Shown in pieces: positions 17,748 through 24,854 of a DNA stretch of 64,000 bases. Source of the stretch: a virus (lineage: Duplodnaviria; Caudoviricetes). The translations under genes and the position numbers were made by a program. Position 1 is the first letter of the stretch. Every line of letters begins with the position of its first letter. The notes under the pieces were generated by a model that worked only from the letters and a program-made list of their open reading frames with translations, searched no databases and was not told where the DNA came from. The DNA is taken from positions 2,188 through 66,187 of the IMG/VR virus record IMGVR_UViG_3300020049_002269, one strand, 5' to 3'.

Positions 17748-19135
17748 CGCGCCGCCAGTACACCCCACGGGCGTTTGCGCCGCTTGCCATGGCACACATG
17801 GCCGACGTTGAGCGCTGCGCCCTGTGGGCAAAGCCCGGCATGGGCAAGAGCGTGCTGACCATGACGCACCTCGACCTGCTGCACAACGTGTGGGGCGAGG
17901 ACGCGCCCACCCTGGTGCTGGCCCCGCTGCGCGTGGCGCGCGATGGCTGGGCCACGGAGGCTGCCAAGTGGCAGCACCTGAGCGGGCTCGAGGTGGTGCC
18001 CGTGATCGGCGACGTCAAGCAGCGCGCCGCCGCCCTGCGCCGCGATGCCCAGGTGTTCACGACCAACTACGAGAATGTGGTGTGGCTGCGCGACCACTTC
18101 AAGGACGCGGGCAAAGCGTGGCCCTTCCGCACCGTGGTGCCTGACGAGTGCACCAAGGTCAAGGGGTTCCGCCTGCGCCAGGGTGGCGTGCGTGCTCAAG
18201 CGCTGGCCAGTGTCGCTCACAAGGACGTCAAGCGCTGGATCAACCTGACCGGCACCCCGGCCAGTAATGGTCTCGAGGACCTGTGGGGGCAAACATGGTT
18301 CCTCGATGCAGGCCAGCGCCTCGGGCGCACGTTCTCGGCGTTCCGCGACAGGTGGTTCCGGCCGGTGCGCGCCGGTCAGTTCCACCAGTGGCGCGCGGCC
18401 GAGCACGCGGCCGACGAGATCCACGCCCGACTGGCCGACATCTGCCTGACGCTGGACCCGCGCGACTGGTTCGACCTCAAGGAGCCGATCGTCAACGTGA
18501 TCGAGGTCACCCTGCCCGCGCCCGCCCGCGCCAAGTACCGCGAGATGGAACGCGAGCTTTTCACGATGATCGACAAGTTCGAGGTCGAGGCGGTCAGCGC
18601 TGCTGCCAAGTATGGCAAGTGCCTGCAGATGGCAGGCGGTGCGGTCTACCTCGAGGACGGCGTGCAGTGGGTCGAGGTCCACCAGGAAAAGCTCGATGCG
18701 CTGGAAGAACTGGTCGAGGCCACGGGCGACGACCCGCTGCTGGTGAGCTATCAGTTCAAGCACGAGCTCGAGCGTCTCCTGCGCCGCTTCCCCGACGCGC
18801 TGGATCTGAGCAAGGCCGACAACATGGCAGCGGCCATGGCGGGCAAGGGCAAGCTGTGGCTCGGCCACCCGGCCAGCATGGGCCACGGGGTCGACGGCCT
18901 GCAGGAGCACTGCAACACGGTGGTGTTCTTTGCGCAGGACCCGAACCTCGAGTACCACGACCAACTGCTTGAGCGCGTGGGGCCGATGCGCCAGTACCAG
19001 GCAGGAAAAGACCGACCTGTGTTCCTCCACTACCTGGTGGCCAAGGGCACAATCGACGAGGTCGAGATGATGCGCCGCGAAACAAAACGAAGTATTCAGG
19101 ACACACTCATGTCGTATATGAAAGGTAAGCAATGA
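17744..19135 (+). CDS. SNF2-like SF2 helicase
   Basis: KPGMGKS, VVPDECTKVK, NLTGTPASNG, HPASMGHGVDGLQ, ERVGPMRQ. Confidence 0.9.
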   Translation: MTRRQYTPRAFAPLAMAHMADVERCALWAKPGMGKSVLTMTHLDLLHNVWGEDAPTLVLAPLRVARDGWATEAAKWQHLSGLEVVPVIGDVKQRAAALRRDAQVFTTNYENVVWLRDHFKDAGKAWPFRTVVPDECTKVKGFRLRQGGVRAQALASVAHKDVKRWINLTGTPASNGLEDLWGQTWFLDAGQRLGRTFSAFRDRWFRPVRAGQFHQWRAAEHAADEIHARLADICLTLDPRDWFDLKEPIVNVIEVTLPAPARAKYREMERELFTMIDKFEVEAVSAAAKYGKCLQMAGGAVYLEDGVQWVEVHQEKLDALEELVEATGDDPLLVSYQFKHELERLLRRFPDALDLSKADNMAAAMAGKGKLWLGHPASMGHGVDGLQEHCNTVVFFAQDPNLEYHDQLLERVGPMRQYQAGKDRPVFLHYLVAKGTIDEVEMMRRETKRSIQDTLMSYMKGKQ

Positions 19136-19371
19136 GCATTCCCACCATCACCATGATTGAACCCGCCAGCGCACTGGACGTGCAGGCCGGCGGCGACCAC
19201 TACAAGAAGCTGAAGATCCAACCCATCGAGTACATCCACGCGAACGGCATCCCCTTCGCCGAGGGCAGCGTCATCAAGTACGTGACCCGCTGGCGCGACA
19301 AGGGCGGCGTCAAGGACCTGGAGAAGGCCCGCCATTTTCTTGACCTCCTGATTGAGTTGGAGAGCCGCTGA
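19132..19371 (+). CDS. DUF3310 protein
   Basis: QAGGDHYKKLKIQPIEYI...GSVIKYVTRWRDKGGVKDLEKARHFL. Confidence 0.85.
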   Translation: MSIPTITMIEPASALDVQAGGDHYKKLKIQPIEYIHANGIPFAEGSVIKYVTRWRDKGGVKDLEKARHFLDLLIELESR

Positions 19372-19799
19372 TGCCCTGCCAACCCACCACCCGCCGCCTT
19401 GTCACGGACGCCCTGCGGGAGTTGCGCCGGGGTACGCTGCACGAGATCCGCGCGCACATCGACCGAGGCTTTTCCGAGGAGGCGGTGCGCGCTGCCATCC
19501 AGCGCATGCACCGGCACAAGGCCGGCAAGCTGGTCTACATCGCCAGCTGGAACCGCAAGCACACCGTAGGCGGCGACCACACCCCAGTCTGGGCGCTCGG
19601 CAACAAGCCCGACGCCCCGCCGCTTGAGAACATGACCAAGGCACAGCAGGCCAAGCTGTACCGGGCCAAGCACCGCATGCGCGAGAACGTCAAGGCCGCC
19701 GCCCGTGACGGCAGCCTCCTGACCACCAACCCTTTCGCCCAACTGCTGCGCCACGTCGGCGTGCAATACCGTATCCCAAGAAAGCAAGACCATGCCTGA
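19371..19799 (+). CDS. Hypothetical, likely winged-helix DNA-binding protein
   Basis: Basic 142-aa ORF overlapping both neighbours. Confidence 0.55.
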   Translation: MPCQPTTRRLVTDALRELRRGTLHEIRAHIDRGFSEEAVRAAIQRMHRHKAGKLVYIASWNRKHTVGGDHTPVWALGNKPDAPPLENMTKAQQAKLYRAKHRMRENVKAAARDGSLLTTNPFAQLLRHVGVQYRIPRKQDHA

Positions 19800-19989
19800 T
19801 GAATTTGACCTCGCCAGCGAGCGCGAGGAGATGGACCGCGAGAACTCCCTGCGCGTGCGCAAGCCCGCCGGCCCCCGGCCCAATGGCCGCTGTCACTTCT
19901 GTGACGAGATCGTCGACGACCACGCTCGCTGGTGTGACACCGACTGCCGCGCCGGTTGGCAGCGCGAGCAGAACAGGGGGCTGCGATGA
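19792..19989 (+). CDS. DksA/TraR-like C4 zinc-finger protein
   Basis: MPDEFDLASERE...CHFCDE...WCDTDC. Confidence 0.65.
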   Translation: MPDEFDLASEREEMDRENSLRVRKPAGPRPNGRCHFCDEIVDDHARWCDTDCRAGWQREQNRGLR

Positions 19990-20357
19990 CCACCCAATCC
20001 GTCACCACTGCACCACCCGGCGAGTTGCACTGGCGCTACACGGTGCCGCGCAACACCGACAGCAAGATGCTGCTGCTGAACCTCGGGGGCGTGGCCATCA
20101 TCGGCAGTTGGTACGGGGCAGTGGGCGAACACTTCCTTGCGTGGTGCCCGCTACCGAAGCGCGATAAGGGGCTTGAGGTTTCGCTGGGCTTGGTGCTCGA
20201 CTGCTACGACGCCGGGATTCTGAATGATTTTGGTGGCGGGAACGTCGAATGGTGGCAGGACTACATCCGAGCCGAGCTTGGGAACGCTCACGACTTCTAC
20301 CAGTCGCAAATCGCCCACCACGACATCACTGCCCAGGCCAAGAAGGAGACGCCATGA
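19986..20357 (+). CDS. Hypothetical protein
   Basis: ATGA-coupled; WCPLPKRD and VEWWQDYIRAEL segments. Confidence 0.55.
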   Translation: MTTQSVTTAPPGELHWRYTVPRNTDSKMLLLNLGGVAIIGSWYGAVGEHFLAWCPLPKRDKGLEVSLGLVLDCYDAGILNDFGGGNVEWWQDYIRAELGNAHDFYQSQIAHHDITAQAKKETP

Positions 20358-20563
20358 CACCGACCAGAGAGCAAGTGATTGCAGCACCCATCGAGTCGTA
20401 CAGCGCCGAGGATCGAGCCTTCTTCGCGTTTTGGTACGCGCACATGAAAGACGATCTGATGCAGCCGCCTTTGCACGAGTGCAGCCATGCAGTCGCGCGC
20501 TACATCTTCACCGCAGGCCGAGAGCAAGGGCTCAGGGAGGCGGAGGAGGCGTGTGAGGCCTAA
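20354..20563 (+). CDS. Hypothetical protein; stop codon lies in the first box of attC1
   Basis: MTPTREQVIAA...; TAA at 20561-20563 inside GCCTAAC. Confidence 0.55.
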   Translation: MTPTREQVIAAPIESYSAEDRAFFAFWYAHMKDDLMQPPLHECSHAVARYIFTAGREQGLREAEEACEA

Positions 20564-20618
20564 CCAGACAGCTGGGCGGCGGCCACTTGTGGACGTCCGC
20601 TTGAGCGCCCGGTTAGGC
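20558..20618 (-). other. attC site 1 (61 bp)
   Basis: + strand GCCTAAC-cagaca-GCTGGGC-N21-GCTTGAGC-gcccg-GTTAGGC; 7-6-7...8-5-7 geometry with extra G in the 8-bp box; left L box degenerate. Confidence 0.8.
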
Positions 20619-20664
20619 CTGGTGGCAGATGCTCAACTATTTCAAACTTTCTTCGCTTTCCCTA

Positions 20665-20693
20665 TTGCGTTACGCGTAACGATGCGCTAAAGT
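20665..20693 (+). promoter_or_regulatory. Sigma70 promoter with 14-bp palindromic operator
   Basis: TTGCGT-N17-TAAAGT; CGTTACGCGTAACG at 20668-20681. Confidence 0.65.
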
Positions 20694-20730
20694 ACACACA
20701 TCGACAACGCAAACAGAACGGAGCAGCAAA

Positions 20731-20937
20731 ATGAAGCACCACGTAGGAATCAAGAGCAAGGCAACGGGTCAGATCGTTGTGATCGGCGGCAATCGCTGCC
20801 AGCGCTTCGCTTTCACCGGCAACGGAGTCGTCACCCCCAAGGCGTTCGACACCCTGCCCGAGGGTCTTGAGAAGTGCCAACACTGTGCTGCGGAACTCGC
20901 CCGGGCTCGTGCCCGCCTTGCACGCAAGCACGCTTAA
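20731..20937 (+). CDS. Hypothetical cassette protein (68 aa)
   Basis: GGAG RBS in the conserved leader. Confidence 0.6.
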   Translation: MKHHVGIKSKATGQIVVIGGNRCQRFAFTGNGVVTPKAFDTLPEGLEKCQHCAAELARARARLARKHA

Positions 20938-20947
20938 ATACGACCAG

Positions 20948-21068
20948 GGCTTCGGCCCGCCCACCCCTCACATGACCACAGATGCCCCCAAGCCGATGAC
21001 GAACGCGGAACGCCAGCGCGCTTTCCGCGCCCGCAAAGCAGCACAAACAGCAGCCGAGGTGCGCGGCG
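20948..21068 (+). repeat. Direct repeat copy 1 (121 bp; copy 2 at 63880-64000)
   Basis: 120/121 identical; single C/A difference at 21013/63945 (synonymous Arg codon). Confidence 0.95.
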
Positions 21069-21163
21069 TGTTCGCCCGCCCCGATGACCACCAGGCCGTG
21101 AAGGACTACGCCGCCAAGCTGGCCAAGAAGCGGGCGAAGGCGGAGAAGGCTGATGGGGCCTAA
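20972..21163 (+). CDS. Small basic helical putative DNA-binding protein
   Basis: MTTDAPKPMTNAERQRAFRARKAAQ...; stop inside the attC2 box; duplicated at the window end. Confidence 0.7.
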   Translation: MTTDAPKPMTNAERQRAFRARKAAQTAAEVRGVFARPDDHQAVKDYAAKLAKKRAKAEKADGA

Positions 21164-21213
21164 CCAATAAGTTAACCGGCGCCGTCGGCGTCCGGTTGAA
21201 CTGGCGGTTAGGC
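21158..21213 (-). other. attC site 2 (56 bp)
   Basis: GCCTAAC-caataa-GTTAACC-ggcgccgtcggcgTcc-GGTTGAAC-tggcg-GTTAGGC; extrahelical G and T on the + strand. Confidence 0.92.
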
Positions 21214-21240
21214 GTTACGGACTAAACAGAAAGGATGCAC

Positions 21241-21522
21241 ATGAGCACCGAAGCAATGAAACTTGCGCTTGAGGCAATTCAGGACTTGCGAGGCTATCGA
21301 CCAGATATTGATAAGGCAATCGACGCGATCCGCACCGCCATCCAGCAGGCAGAGGCCCAGCAGCCCGCCACGCCTGAGCGGGTGCCGATGACGGATGAAG
21401 AAATAGGTTATTGGTATTCCCGCACACCATCAAACTTTGTATTCAGCCACTTCAAGGCAGCTATTCGCTCAGCCGAAGCCCACCACGGCATCACCACCAC
21501 CCCGCAGCCAAGTAACGCCTAA
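21241..21522 (+). CDS. Hypothetical cassette protein (phage mosaic type)
   Basis: MSTEAMKLALEA...AEAQQPA...MTDEEI...AIRSAEAHHGI; GAAAGGA RBS; stop inside the attC3 box. Confidence 0.7.
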   Translation: MSTEAMKLALEAIQDLRGYRPDIDKAIDAIRTAIQQAEAQQPATPERVPMTDEEIGYWYSRTPSNFVFSHFKAAIRSAEAHHGITTTPQPSNA

Positions 21523-21639
21523 CGCTGAGGTAACAGGCGCGCCGACTACCGGCGCAAACAAAGGAGAGGAAGCATGAACACACGAAACATCAAAACGAAG
21601 CTGCTGATCGGCGCGTCCTTGTTGACCGCCGTGTTAGCG
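21517..21639 (-). other. attC site 3 (123 bp), overlapped by the start of a lipoprotein gene
   Basis: GCCTAAC-gctga-GGTAACA-ggcgcgccga...tcggcgcgTcct-TGTTGACC-gccgt-GTTAGCG. Confidence 0.8.
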
Positions 21640-21816
21640 GCTGGGTGCAGTAATGAAAACTTGAATTTGCAACTAAGCAATGCCGTTAGCGAAGCAGACA
21701 AGCATACAGGGGTGATTCTATATAGCGGATATAGCTTCCAGCTTGTGCGCGTGAATATCAACGGCGTGGATTACATCGCCAACAGCAAAGGCGGACTTGT
21801 TCGTGTTGACCGCTAA
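21574..21816 (+). CDS. Small lipoprotein (cassette gene)
   Basis: MNTRNIKTKLLIGASLLTAVLAAG-C lipobox; GGAGAGG RBS inside attC3; stop inside the attC4 box. Confidence 0.75.
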   Translation: MNTRNIKTKLLIGASLLTAVLAAGCSNENLNLQLSNAVSEADKHTGVILYSGYSFQLVRVNINGVDYIANSKGGLVRVDR

Positions 21817-21912
21817 CGTTGCCAATAACCGGATACCAACGGCGCCGCAGGACTGACCGGAGCGCACCACGGCCACCCGCCGATGGTATTCCGGTTGATT
21901 GGCTGGTTAGGC
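21811..21912 (-). other. attC site 4 (102 bp)
   Basis: CGCTAAC-gttgcc-AATAACC-ggataccaacggcg...cgccgatggtaTtcc-GGTTGATT-ggctg-GTTAGGC. Confidence 0.9.
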
Positions 21913-21939
21913 CCGACGTGACCAACTAGGAGAACCACT

Positions 21940-22182
21940 GTGCAGATTACAGAGTACGTGCCCGCCGAGAAGTTTGGCCAGTTCCACGCGATCCTGTGCG
22001 CGACAGGTGGGCGCTACCTACGCGACCCATTCCCGTTGTGGGCGCGCGTGGAGGTGCATTACGAGCCAGGCGACTACAAGGCGCACTGCGAGGCATGGGC
22101 GCGCTGTGTGACGCCGATTCGAGAGGTCAGGCGAGATCAATGGTGGCGCGTGGCGCTGCGCCGCTGTGGACTGCGGGCCTAA
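21940..22182 (+). CDS. Hypothetical cassette protein (80 aa)
   Basis: GTG start with AGGAG RBS; stop inside the attC5 box. Confidence 0.65.
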   Translation: MQITEYVPAEKFGQFHAILCATGGRYLRDPFPLWARVEVHYEPGDYKAHCEAWARCVTPIREVRRDQWWRVALRRCGLRA

Positions 22183-22233
22183 CAAGACAGCTAAGCGCGC
22201 GGCGTAGCCGTCCGCTTGAGCGAACGGTTAGGC
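22177..22233 (-). other. attC site 5 (57 bp)
   Basis: GCCTAAC-aagaca-GCTAAGC-gcgcggcgtagccgTcc-GCTTGAGC-gaacg-GTTAGGC; clearly related to attC1. Confidence 0.92.
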
Positions 22234-22251
22234 GGCGCATCGGAGGATCAC

Positions 22252-22494
22252 ATGGACGACCCGCAAGAAAGAGCAAAGCGACTGGCGACAACAGCCGCCG
22301 AGGAATTTGTTAGGTGCAACGGCATCTCGACCGGCACGCCAGATGAATTCATTTTTCACGGCGCAGACCTTGCCGATGAGTATTTTCAGGACTGTATCGC
22401 GCACCTGAAATGGGCCGGCGAATGCGTGGTTTTTGAGCATGATGAAGAAACGACGGTTCTTCTCGGAGATTACACATTGGGGAGCTTTGAATGA
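22252..22494 (+). CDS. Hypothetical acidic cassette protein
   Basis: MDDPQERAKRL...; GGAGG RBS just after attC5. Confidence 0.65.
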   Translation: MDDPQERAKRLATTAAEEFVRCNGISTGTPDEFIFHGADLADEYFQDCIAHLKWAGECVVFEHDEETTVLLGDYTLGSFE

Positions 22495-22766
22495 GCAAAT
22501 CAACAGTGCCGCAGCGCGCCAAGAAGTACGCAGACAACTTCAACGCATCGCAAGACCTGACGCTGCAACACGCCGCATGCGCGGGGTTCAGGGCCGGATT
22601 TGAAGCGCACAAACGCGACGTTCGGCCAACACTGCACGATCTTGAGGACGAATGCCGTCGCAGGTTCTATTACCTGAGCAAGATGGGTCTATGGGATGAC
22701 TACCTGGCCAGAAAAGAGCAGGGCGAATTTGAGTTCGTGCGCGGCATTAAGCGCTGCGCAAAGTGA
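22491..22766 (+). CDS. Hypothetical cassette protein (91 aa)
   Basis: ATGA-coupled to the previous ORF; ends 1 nt before the GCCTAAC box. Confidence 0.6.
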   Translation: MSKSTVPQRAKKYADNFNASQDLTLQHAACAGFRAGFEAHKRDVRPTLHDLEDECRRRFYYLSKMGLWDDYLARKEQGEFEFVRGIKRCAK

Positions 22767-22805
22767 CGCCTAACCGTTATTAGGCGTCGGAACCTGACGG
22801 ATAAC
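22765..22805 (-). other. attI-like tyrosine-recombinase core site
   Basis: GACGCCTAA-CCGTTA-TTAGGCGTC (9-bp arms, 6-bp spacer), no L boxes; on minus an upstream GTTATCC lies 31 nt before the G/TT crossover. Confidence 0.55.
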
Positions 22806-22842
22806 GATGGCCCTCACTGGGCCATCCACACAGAAAGCACAC

Positions 22843-23031
22843 ATGAGCTTTACCATTACCCCAACGCGATGCGAAATCTGGGGCGAAGAACTGGAAGCGG
22901 TGATTGAGATGCAAGACAAGTACGCCTCCAGCGTCACCATCAAGGCGCTGCAATCGCCCGCCTCATGGCGCGAACTGGCCGAGGCCGTGCAGTGCGCACT
23001 GGAGACGATGCACCCGGAGTCAGCCAAATGA
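22843..23031 (+). CDS. Hypothetical protein
   Basis: MSFTITPTRCEIW...; coupled to the next ORF. Confidence 0.55.
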   Translation: MSFTITPTRCEIWGEELEAVIEMQDKYASSVTIKALQSPASWRELAEAVQCALETMHPESAK

Positions 23032-23228
23032 CCGACACCAAAGTAGCTTGGAAGCGCCGAGCATTGAGGGCTGAGCAGGAGCTTGAGGACCTTCGGAAAA
23101 TCCGCGATTCCGAGACGGACATGCAGCGCAGCTTGCTCAGGCAGGCTGGCGGGTTTGCCGTGGCGATCAGCGAAATTGAGGACGCTATCCAAGCGGCAAA
23201 AGACTACATCGGAGGGAGTGCACGATGA
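23028..23228 (+). CDS. Hypothetical coiled-coil protein
   Basis: MTDTKVAWKRRALRAEQELEDLRK... Confidence 0.55.
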   Translation: MTDTKVAWKRRALRAEQELEDLRKIRDSETDMQRSLLRQAGGFAVAISEIEDAIQAAKDYIGGSAR

Positions 23229-23539
23229 CACGCGAACAGAAACTAGCCCACCTTCAAGCGTGGCACGACGCCATGACCCGCGCAGACGACGCAATCCAGC
23301 CGGTCATCGACGCGCTCAAGCTGTGCGGAGAAGACCCCATCACGAACACTGTATGGCAGTTGCAAACCGACCTCACGCGGGCCTATGCCGAGATTCTGGA
23401 TGACGCGTTTGAATCGCTGAGCTGGTACGCGAGCGAGAACGACATGGGCGCGAAAGGTAGAGAGGCTGGCATCGGATCAGATGTGCGCCCAATCCGCACG
23501 GTGGAAGACCTGCTGTGGCTGATTGAGGTGACAGCATGA
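23225..23539 (+). CDS. Hypothetical protein
   Basis: 104 aa; LSWYASENDMG...IRTVEDL; GGAGG-like RBS. Confidence 0.6.
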   Translation: MTREQKLAHLQAWHDAMTRADDAIQPVIDALKLCGEDPITNTVWQLQTDLTRAYAEILDDAFESLSWYASENDMGAKGREAGIGSDVRPIRTVEDLLWLIEVTA

Positions 23540-23665
23540 GCCGCAGAGCACGCGCCCGCCGCGAGGCCATCGAATCCAAGTACGTCGCCATGCTTGAGGA
23601 TGACGACACAGACGAAGCAGACTGGGAAGACGCGGACTATAACAGCCTGCGACTGTATGACGAGA

Positions 23666-24118
23666 TTAGCGAGGATTCACCGGCCAGGCTTCAATCATTG
23701 TCCTGAGGTCTGTGACGTGTCCGTCAGCTTTTCCCGCCAGCGCTGTAAGCTCTGCTGCACACTCTCCGAATACGTCTGCTGAGGCAATGGAGTAGTCAAC
23801 TGCGGAGGCGGGGGAAGCTGTGACGGCTGCAGATCGCTTTTTGATGGTGATGCGCAGCCGGTCAAGCTCAGAGCGAGCACCGTCAGCAGCAAGGCGGATT
23901 TCGTTTTCTCGTGTGCGCGCATTGTTCAGGGCCTCCGTATATTGGTCAGTGATGAGGCGCGTTTTGCGCTCTGCCTCGTTTCGTTCGGCTTGGCGCTCTG
24001 CCTCTATGGCGGAAATCTGTGATTGGTAGTGCGACTCAACCCGCCACCCATTGACAACAGCCCCCGCCACAAACGCAGCAAGCACCACCAACCCCTTAAC
24101 GTACACAGTCTGGATCAT
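23666..24118 (-). CDS. i-spanin (Rz-like)
   Basis: N-terminal TM helix GLVVLAAFVAGAVVNGW followed by coiled coil; downstream of the endolysin. Confidence 0.75.
   Translation of the reverse strand: MIQTVYVKGLVVLAAFVAGAVVNGWRVESHYQSQISAIEAERQAERNEAERKTRLITDQYTEALNNARTRENEIRLAADGARSELDRLRITIKKRSAAVTASPASAVDYSIASADVFGECAAELTALAGKADGHVTDLRTMIEAWPVNPR
23695..23922 (-). CDS. o-spanin lipoprotein (Rz1-like), embedded in the i-spanin
   Basis: Lipobox LSLTG-C, Pro-rich mature part, different frame fully inside Rz. Confidence 0.75.
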   Translation of the reverse strand: MRAHEKTKSALLLTVLALSLTGCASPSKSDLQPSQLPPPPQLTTPLPQQTYSESVQQSLQRWREKLTDTSQTSGQ

Positions 24119-24633
24119 TTGACCACCTCCTGAGCAATGGCAGAAGCGACAAGCCATTTGCGTGCGTTGTAAGTCTCTAGGTCCGCTTTGTTGCTGATGA
24201 AGAAGACCTCGACCACCATGCCGCCAGCGCGGACAAAGCCCAACCGGCCACGCGCCGTCTGAGTCTGGTCGATCCATCCCTGATCACCTCTCAGACGCAT
24301 ACCAAGCACATCGGCAATAGCTTTAGCGATCCTCTGCGCCTTGGCCTTGTCACGCGGCATAGCGACAACCTCAACACCCGTAGCAGTCTGGTTGGCCGAT
24401 GCGTTGCAGTGCAATTCAATCGCACAATCAGAACCCGGCACAAGCGTCAGTGCATGGGCAAGAGGCAGGTTCTGCCATGCCTCACCATCTGTCCTGACAT
24501 CATGACCCGTGAGCCTAACCTTGTGCGCCACACAATCACGAAGCCACGTCATCAAGTCGCGTTCGTTCTCGCCATGCGCTACTGCGCCAGGGTCTTTGTC
24601 GCTGTGTCCTGCTGTGATTGTGATGGTTTTCAT
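24115..24633 (-). CDS. Endolysin, N-acetylmuramoyl-L-alanine amidase (Amidase_3)
   Basis: ITAGHS..DPGA...E, IELHCNAS, GVEV, VVEVFFISNKAD; start MKTITIT. Confidence 0.88.
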   Translation of the reverse strand: MKTITITAGHSDKDPGAVAHGENERDLMTWLRDCVAHKVRLTGHDVRTDGEAWQNLPLAHALTLVPGSDCAIELHCNASANQTATGVEVVAMPRDKAKAQRIAKAIADVLGMRLRGDQGWIDQTQTARGRLGFVRAGGMVVEVFFISNKADLETYNARKWLVASAIAQEVVK

Positions 24634-24854
24634 GTGATCAGTGTAAGCCATGAGGCCATAATTACACCACCGATGACCGTCGCCAGCGCGTCGATGCGGT
24701 CGGGCGTGCCGTGCCCATGTGCATCCCATACTTCTTTGCCGACTGCTGCCACGATGACAGCCAGCATCGCCGGGACGACGCCCCACGGCAGCAGGGCCGC
24801 AGCGACGACAGCGCCTGCGAGTGTGTGGGCGATTTTGTCGATGGAGATCATCAC
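24630..24854 (-). CDS. Small membrane protein
   Basis: DKIAHTLAG...KEVWD...DALAT, hydrophobic. Confidence 0.6.
   Translation of the reverse strand: MMISIDKIAHTLAGAVVAAALLPWGVVPAMLAVIVAAVGKEVWDAHGHGTPDRIDALATVIGGVIMASWLTLIT

Larger units (their letters stand above)
1..20947. mobile_element. Partial BPP-1/APSE-like podovirus (pro)phage genome, left end outside the window
   Basis: Gene order cement-capsid-scaffold-Bbp19-portal-terL-terS-primase (minus), then DUF2800-DUF2815-polA-VRR-NUC-SNF2 (plus), matches the BPP-1/APSE layout as recalled. Confidence 0.85.
20558..22805 (-). mobile_element. Integron-like gene cassette array (5 attC plus attI-like site, no intI)
   Basis: See individual sites; ORFs lie between the sites and their stop codons fall in or next to the core boxes. 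Confidence 0.85.

Noticed and set aside
2-19132. Long antisense ORFs (2-1561, 3621-5129, 7317-8693, 13679-15271, 17393-19132)
   Set aside because: Shadow frames opposite well-supported genes in GC-rich DNA, with no recognisable motifs
1-20947. Diversity-generating retroelement expected from the BPP-1 similarity
   Set aside because: No reverse transcriptase motifs and no TR/VR pair differing at adenines were seen; the podovirus tail genes lie outside the window
20558-22805. CRISPR array
   Set aside because: The repeats vary from 56 to 123 bp, have attC box geometry and are separated by whole ORFs; there is no cas operon
24513-24519. Isolated GCCTAAC boxes (also 62605-62611)
   Set aside because: Inside coding genes, with no L boxes or partner GTTAGGC at attC spacing
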